Position numbers and translations under genes: made by a program | Part shown: positions 1 through 12,878 of the stretch, one piece after another | Position numbering within the stretch: position 1 is the stretch's first letter | Layout: each line of letters starts with the position of its first letter | Source: Rhizodiscina lignyota | Lineage: Eukaryota | Assembly (NCBI GenBank): GCA_010015805.1 | Contig: ML978121.1 | Location: forward strand, 930,001 to 994,000 | Length of the DNA stretch: 64,000 nt | Reading direction: 5' to 3' | Notes under the pieces: generated by a model | What the model was told of the DNA's origin: nothing | What the model saw: the letters and a program-made list of their open reading frames with translations, nothing else | The model's database searches: none

Positions 1-1895
1 AGGGAAAGTTGCCAAAGCCAGGGGCACCAAAAGTGAAGCAGAGCTAAAAGAGTTAAAGAGCAACTTAATGGGAGAGGCAATGAAAGAGCTAATAGCGAAT
101 GGCTCCAAGGTGCTTCGCTTTAAAAGATTCGGGAAAGGCTGGACAGGGATCCCAATAAGTCGATCAATGGTAGAGGAGGCGAGCAGGCAAATCGATGCAA
201 AAAGCCACAGAACCGATAACGAGCGAGACGCATCCGATATCGAGTTGAGAGACGCAGCGCAGAAACTACCATCTGAAAGACATAGGTCTTCACGCGCTCA
301 AGCAGAGACTTCCGGGAACACCGAAGCTAATAACCATGGCATTTCCGGGACCGAGTCTGTCCATGAGCCTGCGACTAACCACCTCCGGGACCAGCAGAGC
401 TCCAAAACGCCAGATCACATGGAACCGAACATGCAAAGCAAGAATGTTGCCATAGCAGAACATAGCGATTTAGCTTCGGTTCCAACCAGACCAGTGCCAG
501 ACATCCGACAGATCGAACCAGATGAAAGCATACAAGATTTGCCACAAGAGAGTCAATGCGAGGGTTCTTTGATCCATGGGGCAAAAGATCACGGTCAAGT
601 CCAAGAGTCGTCGAAGGGAGCCTCAGAACTGGATCAGCGGGCCACGCCATCTAATACAAGAGAAAAAGCGGTAGACGATCAGCTCAAACGGATGGAGGAA
701 CGGATAGCTCAGACGGGGGATGAGTACAAAGAGATTCTCAACTTGCTGCGTTCGCAACAGTATAGAGGCCAAAAAGAGCAGAGTATTCCGAACGACCCAA
801 CAAACATACTTCAGACCACGCGAGACGAGTATGCATCGATCCTCGCCAAAAAGGACGAAGAAATCAACGATCTTCGAAACCAACTGAATGATGCACAGAA
901 CGCAGCAAGATATGTGGGAGAAGTGAGCGAAATTAACCATCAAATCCATGTCGAGCAACCCATGGCCGTTATTTTCGAGACACGTATCAAGCAGGCGGCC
1001 CAGGCTATCTCCGTGAATTTGTCGAAACCACTTCAGAATCCGAGACCAGGATCCGTCGCAGCTAGACTGCTGATACGTGCTTGCACCGGTAGACCAGAGA
1101 GTCTCTGTACAGGTGTGCCGACATTGGATATAATGAACATGGACCCACAGGCAGTAGTACGTGCGCTTGTCGCTGCATTTGTCCAAGAACAGGTGTTCGA
1201 AGAAGAGTGGCCAAAGTTTGATCAGGATGAGTCACGTCTCTTGAAGTACTCTCGGGAATTCATTGCTTCCCAAGACGGTAATTCCTTCAAACCCTGGGCC
1301 AGACGACTCGAAGCTCGATACTGACATGATATTAGGAGGCTTGAAATTTATCCAAGTCGTCAACCACATAGCGCACAAGAAGCTAGTTAATGAAGCATCG
1401 TTCAAAACAGAAATGGTTGCCGGGAAAGTAGGGCGGCTGATGATCTTACTCTTGGAAGTCCTGGCCGATATCATTTCGCCCAAAAAGGATAACGAGACTC
1501 CGGACATAGGCGCAAACTGTATTCTTCCGATGCCATCCGAACACCTCCTCTATAGCTCGATGCACAAGGCATTGCTCCTCAAAACTCAGGTCCTTCTGAG
1601 TCCCAACATCTTCAGGTCGTACCATGTCCCTGCAGGTACACAGTTCAACCCAAAATTCATGAAGATGGAGACGAAGAACATGGTAGTGGAGGAGTTGGAA
1701 GTCGGTGCCGATGCAGTTGTAAAGTTGTGCTTATCGCCGGCGATTCTCTACTGGGACGGGCTGAAGACACCGGAAGGACGTGGGAGATACGAGCAAGTAG
1801 CATTTCGCTACAGCACATTCTGGCCCTGGGATCCACATGACGAGAGTCAGAAAGATCCTTATTGCCACTCCAAGGCGATTGTCATTATCGAGTAG
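1..1895 (+). CDS. Hypothetical protein, probably 5'-truncated by the window edge; low-complexity N-terminal half, coiled-coil-like middle
   Basis: Frame is open from base 2 (first ATG 68). Intron 1278..1335 (GTAATT...CTGAC...TAG) joins ORF 68..1324 in frame to ORF 1263..1895. No family motif recognised. Confidence 0.6.
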
Positions 1896-3993
1896 TTGGC
1901 TGTCTAGGGTGGGTTGCTCTGGTCTTTGGGCTCGCCTGTTCCGCGCACATGGATAAGGGAGTTAGTAATGAATTGATTCTGCGTGGATAGCTGAGCACTA
2001 CCAATTCGAATGGTATTTGGAGGAGTTGGTCTGAACCTTGAGGAGTGTCTATCTTCGCGGAAGACACTACACTAAAAGTACATACACGAGTTAGCAATCT
2101 GATTCAATGGGCTTCAACATCTAAATACGCAGCGTATCTCGCTAGGAAGGCTCGACGTTAAAGAGACACGACAAACAGATATTGCTACATGCTAGACCTT
2201 CTACAGCTGGCCATTTTCTTTTACCGAGGCAGCTGCAAGTACAAAGACTTGAATGTAATGCTGCAGAAACTAAGGGTCAGAGCAGGCTAAAGTCTGGCTT
2301 AAGCCAGTGTGACATCGATCGACAAACAAACCCTGGGATAAGACTTCTCACGCGACATACGGTGCGACGAGTTCGATTGTTTTCGAACAGCGACTTTAAA
2401 GGAGGTATCTGGAGTGAAGTGGTTAGATGGATGAAAAAGGCGTTGGCGCATGAGACGAGGTCTGCCACCACTGCCCCGGGGCGCTAATCCCCTTACAGTA
2501 AGGTAGACCTGATCTGAGTACGTGGATAGAATTGATTATTCTTTACTGCAAATCTACACTGTACGACTTGTGTTTGTCTACGATTTCAGCTACAAAGTTG
2601 CAAAGAAGCTCAGCGTGCGTCTTTAAGCACGCTGAAATATAAGCATCAGAGCTGCTGATGCCGGTCCAGAACGATCCGAAGAATATACCATGACTTCCAG
2701 AGATATCTTCGATTATGTACCTTAAAGTGCAAGACTAACTCATAGTAAGACGTTGCCAATTTGATCGATCAAACAATTATCAGGCTTGAGTACGTCTATC
2801 GGCCCAGTCGCGAGATAACGTCGCGATGCTCGCAACTATCCGGAGACACGAACGATAGCGCTGTACGTTTGTGTCTGCACCTGCTGTCTAAGGGCAAGAG
2901 AAGTATAAGGGGAGCCTTGAGTCCAATATACCGTGTACATGTGATATATTTTCAGGGAGTGTAGTTGAAATGAATCAGCGCCCACATGATGGAGTACATC
3001 GAAAGGTCTAACAAAATAATGGGCAATCAGTACACAGGATACGAGCACGTTGGGTTTGATATCCAAGAACCAATATCCAGATATGAGTCCTTCGTCTCTA
3101 TGGCAGGGCATAGAAGGCAGGGTATGGTGGGCATTGAAGCATTCATGATGCCAACGACTTCAGAGGCCTGAATGGATAATAGCGATAAAAGGTATCAAAG
3201 GCCACTTTCAGCCCGAGCGCTACCGAAGATTGTTCTTATCCATGGCCACTGATCAAAGTCTCCGCTAAAATAATGATAGGGTGGCTGCAAGACAAGTTCC
3301 TGTGTGGAGAGCCGCCATCTCATCATTACGCTGGTTGTCCAAGTTGGTGAACTCGTGCATGTTCGAACAAAAGCCTCGGTGGGTTGTAGTCGTCATAGAA
3401 AATTCGGTGAAGCCGAAGACCTATCCGAGTCAACTTAGTACTGCCACCGGTGAAGCTGCCTACTGGCTTCGACGATTGCATGGGAGGATACTTGGTGCCA
3501 CGACAAAAGGAGCCTTGCAACGAATGCATGCAAATGGATGTGACACAGGTGTTGGGCCTTAGAAAATGTTAATGGAGACAAGATGTAAAATAATGGATAC
3601 CTAAGCTGAATCCGGGCCAAGTCCTGTGATTATTGGGTTCTTGGGGAAATACCTTCAGCCCTCAGGAGTGAGAGTGGGCTTGAAGCATACATAAAGCATT
3701 TGCATGAGGCAAAGAAGGTGAGGTCGAATAGCATTTACCGGTCAAACGTCCGCGTCCGCTCATCGGCCGCGGGACTGGGTTGACCATCCTTCTGACCTGC
3801 AGGAGCTGGGCAGGGGCAAGCAAATGGGAGCTGCTTGAGCTGTGCTCTGGCAGAGGAGCAGCCTCATCCCTCGCAGCATCAGCACCACCTTGAATCAAGG
3901 GGGCGAAGCTCATGCGTACGTTTTGCCAGAGAAGGTATCACTCTGAGCTCGTCTGTGGAGTCGGCGAAGATGACATTCCAAGCAAGCTCGCCT

Positions 3994-4001
3994 TATAAAT
4001 A
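3994..4001 (+). promoter_or_regulatory. TATA box of the annexin gene
   Basis: TATAAATA followed by a CT-rich tract (4150-4220) before ATG 4276. Confidence 0.5.
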
Positions 4002-4275
4002 GCAGGACTCGAGGCAATAAGGGGCCCTTCCACCCCCGCGCGCTAATCGCGACAGCCCTGTGACCGGCGCCAGCTGAAGAGGCAGAAAAGGGCATCTTCT
4101 CCATCCACACCACTACCAGTTCCCTGTCGCAGTAGCAGCCTCGAGTCTGCCTGTCCTCAGCTGCTCCTTTCTTACGCAGTCCCGTTCCTTCATTCTCCTC
4201 TTCTCTCAGATTCTCTCGACGATTTCCCTTAGAAGCTCAAGTCTATCTTGTATTTGCAATTGAGTCTCGTCCGCC

Positions 4276-6671
4276 ATGTCTCTCATGCCTGATAGCCGGT
4301 CGGGGAGATCGCGCTCGAAATCGCCAGCAGCTCATAGTCGCTCGAGGTCTCGCCACGATGTGGTGGAAGTGCCACCCCCGCCGCCCTCCTCTATGATGGC
4401 AGGGAACTATGGTCCACCCACACCTCAATACGATACGCGCCAACCCTACCCCGATCACCCCTCCAGCACATATACGCGTCCCTTTCCCCCGCCGGGCGGA
4501 GCGGACTGGGAGGATGAAGACGAAGACACAGACACAGACGAGGACGAGGACCACGATAAAGAAATCGTGATGGATTGGAACGACCTACCACCTCACGAGC
4601 GGCCAGGCTACGTACCACCGGAGAAGGAGAAGCCTTCAAAGGCACCATACAGAGAAGCGCAGCATGCGGGAGTCAAGTATGCGCCGGCTTTGACTCCTCA
4701 GTTTACGAGTTACAGAACTACAGCGGAGGCGCAGAGTGTGACCCGGCCTGAGCAGCCCAGAAGAACGTACTCGGAGTCGTCAGACGGATCATACAAGTAC
4801 GCAGCAGTGAAAGACAAGATCAAGTATACTTCGAAGCCAGTTTCGCACCACTCATCAATCTCTGAAGGTCCGCGCCCGTATCAGGCCTCATCATATCCCA
4901 CGAATAAGCCCCCTCCTATGTCGCCGAGATCTGCGCATGATTTCCCTCCATATGAAGCACATGGCAACCTCCCATACCCCCCAGCTGGTATGCCTGGGAT
5001 GCCTAGGATGCCTAGTATTCCAGGCATGTCTAACCACTTAGACTATGCAAACATCAAAGAAGTTACGCCAGGAGGTGGCAAGCCGCATGCATCGCAGGCA
5101 CCGCAGGCATCGCATATGCCACCACCTCCTCCACTTGGAGGACTGCATATGCCACCTCTTCCGCCTCTTGGAGCACCACATGGAGCACCACCTCCACCTC
5201 TTGGGCCGAATCGTCTGTCGGTCGGTGGCCGGGGCCCGGAGTTTGATCGGGCACCTTCTCCAGGTTTACCTGGACGAATGGACCGGCTTTCTGTGAATAC
5301 GAACGGTGCTCATGTCCGGACAGTCACACCAGGACAAGCTCCTCCAGCATCACCTCTGCTCGAAGCATATCAAGGAGCATATCAATCAATGCCATCTCCC
5401 CTCCTCATGCCTCATTTCGACGATGACCTCGACGATCTTCCTCCTCTCAGCCAATACGACTCACGCAGCTCAAAGAAATCTCGTCGTGACCTGCGATCAG
5501 ACTCCGATTCAGGCTCGGACAAGAAAGCCTCCCGCAAACACCGCTCTTCCACCTCCAAGCCCTCCAAAACCGTCAAAATAAAGTCCTACTCTCACACCGA
5601 CGCGAAGCCTGCGAAAGAACCATCCGGCACGAAACGTCGCGTGACCTTGTACGACGCCGAGAAAGACGCAAAGACGATTGCCGAAGCGCTAAATCACTCA
5701 CGCCCCGATAACCAGCCACTCATCGAGATCCTTCCGACCCTGTCGCATGACCAATTAATGGAACTGCGCTCTGCATACAAGAAAGTTATCAAAGTTCAAG
5801 GCCGTGGGATCAACATTGCCAAGCATATAAAGCTCAAGACAAGCGGGGCGGTTGGAAAGCTGATGTATGTCCTAGCGCTAGGGCGATGGGAAAGCGAAGG
5901 ATACTGGGCGAACTACTGGTACCAGAGTAACTCTGCGCGGAGGGAGCTCCTCATCGAGGCGTTGATGGGCCGTACGAACGGTGAGATCAAGCTCATCAAA
6001 GCGGATTTTCAAGATAAACGGTACGGAGATAGCTTGACAAAATGCATGGAGAAGGAGCTCAAGGCAGACAAATTCCGAACGGCTGTGTTGCTAGCGCTGG
6101 AGGAGCGGAGGCAAGAGGAGGCGGATGTGTGGCCGCTGGAGTATCGAAATCGGGATGTGGATGATCTGTATGAGGCACTAAGACGACGAGAGGGAGGAGA
6201 GACTGCAATTTTACAGATTGTGATTGGGAGGAGTGACGCGCATCTGAGACAGGTGCTAAGGACGTATGAGAGGAAGTATCAGAGCAACTTTGCGAAGGAT
6301 GCACTGAAGAAGAGCAATAATCTTGTGGTAAGTCATACTCCATTCAATTGGGACAATTTGCTGATTTTCGGATGCAGGGAGAGGTTATTGCACACATTCT
6401 GAACGGCGTTATCAATCGCGCGGCGCGAGACGCGTTACTGCTACGTCACGCGCTCACAGACCTATCAGCTGAAGAGGGCGGAAAGGGCCAAGATCGGACA
6501 GAATTGCTCATCTCGCGCCTCGTGCGCATGCACTGGGATCAGCAACAATTCCGTGATACGAAGGATGAATACTACGAGAAATATCACAAGTATCTCGAGG
6601 ACGACATCGAGAGATATGTAAGAGGGGAGGATATGCGTGAGGCATGCTTGAATCTTTGCGAGACCCGATGA
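4276..6671 (+). CDS. anxC4: Annexin, fungal ANXC4 type, with long Pro/Ser-rich N-terminal head
   Basis: C-terminal annexin repeats (YDAEKDAKTIAEAL...LIEILPTLSHDQLMELRSAYKK; ELLIEALMGRTNGEI; RSDAHLRQVLRTYE; ELLISRLVRMHW). Intron 6328..6377 (GTAAGT...CTGAT...CAG) joins the two ORFs. Confidence 0.85.
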
Positions 6672-6782
6672 ATTGACTAATGAGGATGATTTTACGGGCA
6701 TTTCGATAAAGGTATGATTGAACGGATCAAGCTCATTGATACTGAATTAGGATACCACTTATTTGCTTGGAATTGATCATTC

Positions 6783-7255
6783 TCAGTTCTCGATTTTGAC
6801 AGGCTTGCTTGTATCCAGTTCGTTGTACCTCCTCAAATCCATCGGCTTGTCCAACAGCGGTAGGACATACGGATCGAATGTCTTCCAGTATGGATTGCCG
6901 AGATGATATTGTTGGCTCTGCTCAAGAATACTTGTCAGCTCAGTACTTCTCATGCGTACACATCCGTATCCGTTGCCATCCTGACCCTGGTATTGGCAGC
7001 CAAATTCCAATTATGTATGTGATATTGCTGGAAATCGGGCGGCAGATGCCCATGGAAACAACCTACGCTCTCCCGTTCGTACCGCTCGACAATGGTGAAT
7101 GCCCGTTGGTCCTTCTCACTCTGCATAACGAGCCATGATACCGTCTCCTGGTCCTTGCTGTACACCTGGCTGGCCTCGATGAGCTTGTTTTGTAGCTTCG
7201 ATATGCAGGTAGGGTCGTCCTTAGCGTAAAGATGGGCGACGAGTGTGTAAACCAT
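6783..7255 (-). CDS. Small dimeric alpha/beta-barrel (ABM-like, antibiotic biosynthesis monooxygenase fold) protein, 107 aa
   Basis: Exons 7255..7067 (MVYTLVAHLYAK...FTIVERYERES) and 6917..6783 (SQQYHLGNPYWKTFDPYVLPLL...). Intron 7066..6918 GTAGGT...GCTGAC...CAG. The F-x-I-V-E-R-Y and H...P-Y-W pattern is typical of ABM/Dabb proteins. Confidence 0.75.
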
Positions 7256-7738
7256 GATTGAGGAATAAAAATCGAGCAATTGAGGTATTCTACAATGGAA
7301 TATGGTATTTACTCAGGTCTACACTCCCAGCGGCATGTTGGCTTTCCAGGCATTTTATGAATCATCTCAGCCCTACGATGCAATGGATGCGGACGGCCCA
7401 GGTGCGGGGGAACGCTTGCTCAGAAGACGAGCGAGGCGGGAAAAAGTCCAGGTTTGGAATCTCGTTTCGCTGACTTAGCGGCCAATATGGATGACAAGTT
7501 GGCTGACGAGTTGGAAGAGCATGATATTGTGCTGCGTTTGTGATAAAGACTACTCATTAGCTTCCGGCTCTCGATACGAGTGAGTGGGCCCTGACTAAAT
7601 GCTATGTTACACTATGCACAAGCTTGATAAGGTCCAAGCAATCCGCCGTCGACTAGTATACTCATACAGAGCAGTAGCGTAGACGAAAAGAAGTGCAGAA
7701 GCGTATCCCTCACCAAAAAAAAAAAAAGAGGACCAACT

Positions 7739-9988
7739 TTATCCCAGAATCCTCTCAAGCCAACCCCTTGTCGCCATCCATGCTTGCCATGCTATTCCAA
7801 CACCACCCTCTTGCTTTCCCTCAAGCACGTTCTTAGTATTCCTGAGCCTCTCTACTAATCTCTGACCCTTGATCTCTTCCTCAGAAAACCACATCCCATG
7901 CAGCCCGTACGGAACTCGTTGCGGCAGTTTCACCCTCGCGACGACTGCGTCCATACCCACGCCAGGCAAGCCCATCGTTTTCGCGTCGACAATCCACAAC
8001 TCGCTCACTGAGTCAGGCGATGCCTCGCCCTCAGCATCGAGCTGTTCTTCATCGAACGCATAGAACAGGAGGAATCCGTCGTCCTCGTAGGCCGCGTTCC
8101 GTCGCGGGACAAAGCGTGGTTCTTGCGCGAACCACTTGCCCGGCATGACGAATGCCTTGATCGGGTCTGCTGGATCGACGCTAGAGAGAACTTCTGGTAA
8201 GGTGCGCGTGTCGACAGAGCCGGTGATCTCGATTGGAGGATGCTGTTCACCGCGCTGGATGAGCGCGAGGGCATCGACTTTCAGCAGAACGTCGATCTTG
8301 GCGGCTTTGCCGAGGGCTGTGCCGAAGGAAGTTAGGGTGGAAGTAGAGCAGCCGTAGATATAGCGTGCTTCTTGCATTGAGAGTGAGGGGTGGAGGGATG
8401 GGAACTCGAAAGGGAGGATCGAGAGAGCATGCTGTCGCAGGATTCGGTTTTCGGATGATGTTAGGTCGAACTTGTAGAAGTATAGGCGGCATTGTTCAGT
8501 TTCAAGATCGGATGCCAGTGATTTTGTATTGATGATGCTAGCAGATATGGCCTGATGAACTCCATCCTGTGGAAGAAGTGGGGTCTTCTCTTCTTGGTGC
8601 GACTCAAGGTCTGTAGCGAACTCAAACGCTTCGGATGCGCTGTACGGTCTCCGCGGCTCTATTATATCTCTGACGAGCGCTTCATCGTGGTCGTAGCTTC
8701 CGAAGAATGAGATCGGTTTCGGTGTTTCTGCAACGCGTCCAGATATGGTTCGGGGCACATCGATATTCGCAGCGCTAAAGACAAGGGCAGCTGTGGTTAG
8801 ACGGCAAGCCAGCATATTCACTGCTGACACTTTGCCATCACCATTGGTATCATCCCAAGTATTAGCCGTATGGAAGATACAGCAACTTTTCGTCTCGAAC
8901 CAGCGCACGGCTTCTGGATTCCGGCGTGGAAATACGCCGAACCGGGCAGGCTTCTTGCCATTGTAACAGACAACTGGTCGATTCTTCAAGAGATTCAAAG
9001 GGTCCAGACTGAGTGGAAGATCCATAATGATGGTATGAGAGAGCGACGCGCCAAAGTCGTGCATCATTTTTGCACCAGAAACTCCGGGTACAGGTGCGTT
9101 TAGCATCTTCGACTGGACAGTAAAAGCCCGCCTCCTATCCCGACTGTCCGGATTTGCAATCTCCGGAAGGACAGAGCAGTGTACGTATGGCTTAACGAAT
9201 GTAGCGTGATATAGAATCATCTCTTTTGTGACCGGATCCACTTTGGGATGCCCGGTAGTCCATTCCTTCATGAAACCAATCAATCCATCCCCGCCAAACC
9301 GTTCTTTAGCTCTTTCGCGGGTTTCTTCTCCCTCTGCATGATTTCCATTGAACCAGCCAACGGTCTCCAAGTTTGGTAGCTGCACTCTTATTGGAGGTCC
9401 ACTCTCACATGTTGCCAGTGCTCTTCCATCGTGATAGAGAATAGATGTATTCGCAACGCTGATCTTCTTGATGGCATGTCTCGAACCAGCGAGACAAGAT
9501 AGAATGACTAGGAAGACTGTTCGTAAGATATGCCAAGTTATTCGAAGGAACGACGCTGCTGGATTCACTAATGTCGAGATACTTGGAAGAATCGGTGTCC
9601 GTATCCCTTGCGTGCCCAGAGTGAAGAGATAGACGTCGGTCAGAATGTACTGGTTCACAAACTCTGGCTGAATCCCATCTGACTCAGTGGATTTCGTGAA
9701 AGAAACCCCAGAGAGCATACCATCTCCGTCGAACCAGTGGGCATCGCGACCGAGATCTTCATTTGACACAGGATTGCCGCCGTTGCGAACATATTGACCT
9801 CTCGCCAGCTCCTCAGGAATCGATCCAGAATAAGTGCATGGCGTTAGTGGTCTTGTTTGCTGTATCGGCGCGAAATTACCACAGAGATACCTAAAGAGTC
9901 AATTAACGAGATGATTCCTCTGAGTAGTTGTTCCAATTCCATACGGATGTTTCTCCCCGCGCTTCCTCTTTTGTCCACACAGTGTCAT
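7739..9988 (-). CDS. carX: Carotenoid cleavage oxygenase (RPE65/CCD family), retinal-forming CarX type
   Basis: Exon 1 9988..9945 (MTLCGQKRKRGEKHP), intron 9944..9891, then YLCGNFAP...YVRNGGNP...HWFDGDGML. All four Fe-binding His present (TTGHPK, MMHDF, IFHTAN, PYGLHG). Divergent from carRA as in Fusarium. Confidence 0.92.
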
Positions 9989-10644
9989 GATTAGAAATTA
10001 TCTTCTCACTTGCATACACGCTCGAATCGACCAATAAAGGTACCACTCCACTCCCGCGGTCCACAGCTAACGGAACACAACCATCTGTACAGCCAGTCCG
10101 GAATTCATTGTCCTCCTGACAGCAAAGACGATGAAGACGAGTTTGCACACTCACATGCAGACAGTACAGAGCTTTCTAGTGGTTGCGGGGTTACAACGTC
10201 GAGTGCATCTTCTGCTTCGCCTCGCATGTGGGGCTCAGAAATCCTGAGGGCGCATGACGTTCGTTGACGGAAATATTCGATCATTGGAAGGGTCTCCTCA
10301 TGGTCGCGCGGAGGTGCGCCACTGGCTCCTTGCAATCTGCGAGAAGCTATGGCCAACGTCTTGCCGCTTTTTTGGCTGAGACGTTATGTCATAGATCGTT
10401 TCCAAACATCGGAGCAGGCCCAGTGGCCAGTGGTATCGTACTTGTAATTTTCCTATTTGCACGAATGTCTTGTCCTCAACGAATTCAAGAATTATGGAAG
10501 CGGCTTCCATTGCTCCGTACTTGCTGAAACCTTTGAGTGACACGTGGAGTTGCGACTTTCAATTCCTCTTCTCATTATTTGTGCTGCGAGCTAGTGAAAT
10601 GGATCGATGAGAAGGTGTCCTTTCAAGGTTCCCACTTCCGCGCC

Positions 10645-12598
10645 ATGGGTTCGGACTATGCACTCGTGTACGTCGGTCGTGAGACACCATGCTTTACGGA
10701 CAACATGTGACTGACTATCAAGCAGACATCTGAAATACACTATCCCGCCGGCGATTATCCTATCAACTCTCTATCGGCCATTATGTACTAAGCTTGACGT
10801 CTACAAAATTGTCTTTTTAATTACTGTATGTCTTTCTACGATATGAATTGAATTCGCAAATGTTGATTATAAGGACAGATTGCTGTTGCATCGACAATTC
10901 CATGGGATTCATACCTAATACGAAATCGCATCTGGACGTACCCGCCTAATGTAATCATCGGCCCAACCCTCTTCGATATTCCGCTCGAAGAGCTCTTCTT
11001 TTTCATTATTCAGACCTACAATACCTCACTTCTCTATCTCATTCTAAACAAGCCCACTCTTCATCCAATCTTTTTAAGAGGAGATCAAAAATGGAAAGCA
11101 TATCAGTGGCTCGGCCAGGTTGTTCTCGGAGCAGCAATTGCTCTTGCAACATACGCAATTCAAAGGAGGGGTGAGGGAATGTATATGGGGTTGATTCTCA
11201 TTTGGGCTGGCCCATTTCTCCTTCTTCTCTGGTATGCTTGGGAATGTGCACACTTTCGGAGTTCTTATCTTACTAAATCATATAGGAGTCTTGCGTATCA
11301 ATTTATATTGGGACTACCGTGCATTAATGCTGTGTGTCCGATTGCATTGTCGACGCTCTACCTGTGGATCGTCGATACATTAGCATTACGGCGTGGCACA
11401 TGGGTCATCGAGTCAAGCACCAAGCTTGGATTTCAGCTTTGGAATGGCTTGGAGATTGAGTAAGGTGTCAGCATGCTCAGTATAGATCCCATTAACTGAC
11501 TTATTCCACAGGGAGGCTGTTTTCTTCCTAGCAACAAATATGCTTATCGTCTTTGGGCTTGTTGCCTTTGATAATGCGTTAGCTGTGCTCCATATGTCTC
11601 CGAAATTGTTTCCAGTCATTCCTGCCTGGCCGTCACCGATACTTCTCGTCAAGGCCCTACTTACTCCTGTACCTAGCTACGATGAAGAGCGCCTGCAAGG
11701 ACTGCGAGACGCTGTTGCGAGATTGTCTAAGAAGAGCCGAAGCTTCTACCTCGCCAGTGGGACTTTTGAGGGCAGGACTAGGATTGATCTGATTCTGCTA
11801 TACTCGTTCTGCCGTGTGGCCGACGATTTGGTGGACGAGGCCGGATCCGTTGACGCAGTTGCGGAATGGGTAGCGAAGCTTCGGAAGTTTCTAGACATTT
11901 CGTACGGATCAGAGGCCAAAGCCACCCTGCACGATTACATTGAGAGCGGTTTTCCTGCCTCCGCGAGAAGAGCTCTACGCCTTCTGCCAACTGCTTATTT
12001 GTCAAAGGAGCCACTCTACGAACTCCTCAACGGGTTCGAAATGGATCTACGGTTCTACAGTCACTCTGGCAAGACGAGATTCCCCATTCAAGATGACAAA
12101 GATCTTTTGACTTACGGTCTGCGCGTGGCTGGAACTGTCGCCCACCTCTGCCTGGACATAGTCTTTCACCATAATGGCTCTGGTCCTGACCGGACCAAGA
12201 TTATCGAAGCAGGAAACAGCATGGGCATCGCACTTCAATTTGTCAATATCGCGCGCGACATCAGCGTCGACGCAAAAATGGGACGCGTCTACCTTCCCCT
12301 GACATGGTTGGACGATGAAGAGCTTTCACCAGACTCTGTGCTCAAGAATCCGAAGGGTACAAGAATCGACAAGTTAAGACAGCAGTTACTGGATAGGGCC
12401 TTCGAACTGTACGAGGGTGCACGAGGAGCAATCGAAGAGCTGCCGACGGAAGTCAGAGGATCGATGCGGGTTGCTGTCGAGAGCTACATGGAGATTGGAC
12501 GGGTGCTCAGGCAAGCAGGCTATCTTGTTAAGGCTGATAGGGCAACGGTGCCAAAGTATAGGAGAATATGGGTTGCTTGGAGAGCCTTGAGCCGCTGA
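10645..12598 (+). CDS. carRA: Bifunctional lycopene cyclase / phytoene synthase (CarRA/Al-2)
   Basis: N-terminus [16 protein letters not shown], cyclase motifs PWDSYL and IPLEELFFF; synthase motifs [38 protein letters not shown]. Introns 10668..10725, 10826..10878, 11232..11285, 11460..11511 keep the frame. Confidence 0.95.
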
Positions 12599-12878
12599 AG
12601 ACTCAATTGTCGATAGAGTTCTCACCACTCTTACAATAATGAAAACCTCCACATTTAATAATGCACAACTAATTAATTCAAACTTCAGTCTTGGACAGTG
12701 GTGAAAGTAAAATAGATTATAAAAAGACTGATTATCTAAATATGTGCTCCGAAAATGGTCGGCTGTACCTAAAGTTCATATTCCATGTGCCGAACGGCAT
12801 TTTGTCTCAGCGTCATACATTTTACTTTCTCAATCACTTACAAAAAACCATGTAGCCACCCCAATCTCTCCACCCGCC

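Noticed and set aside
2583..2661. Adjacent hairpins TCAGCGTGC/GCACGCTGA (2610-2635) and GCATCAG/CTGATGC
   Set aside because: Isolated, with no promoter, stable tetraloop or RNA-family motif; compatible with chance.
7715..7727. Poly-A run just downstream of carX
   Set aside because: Simple homopolymer in a 3' UTR; no retro-element body or target-site duplication seen.
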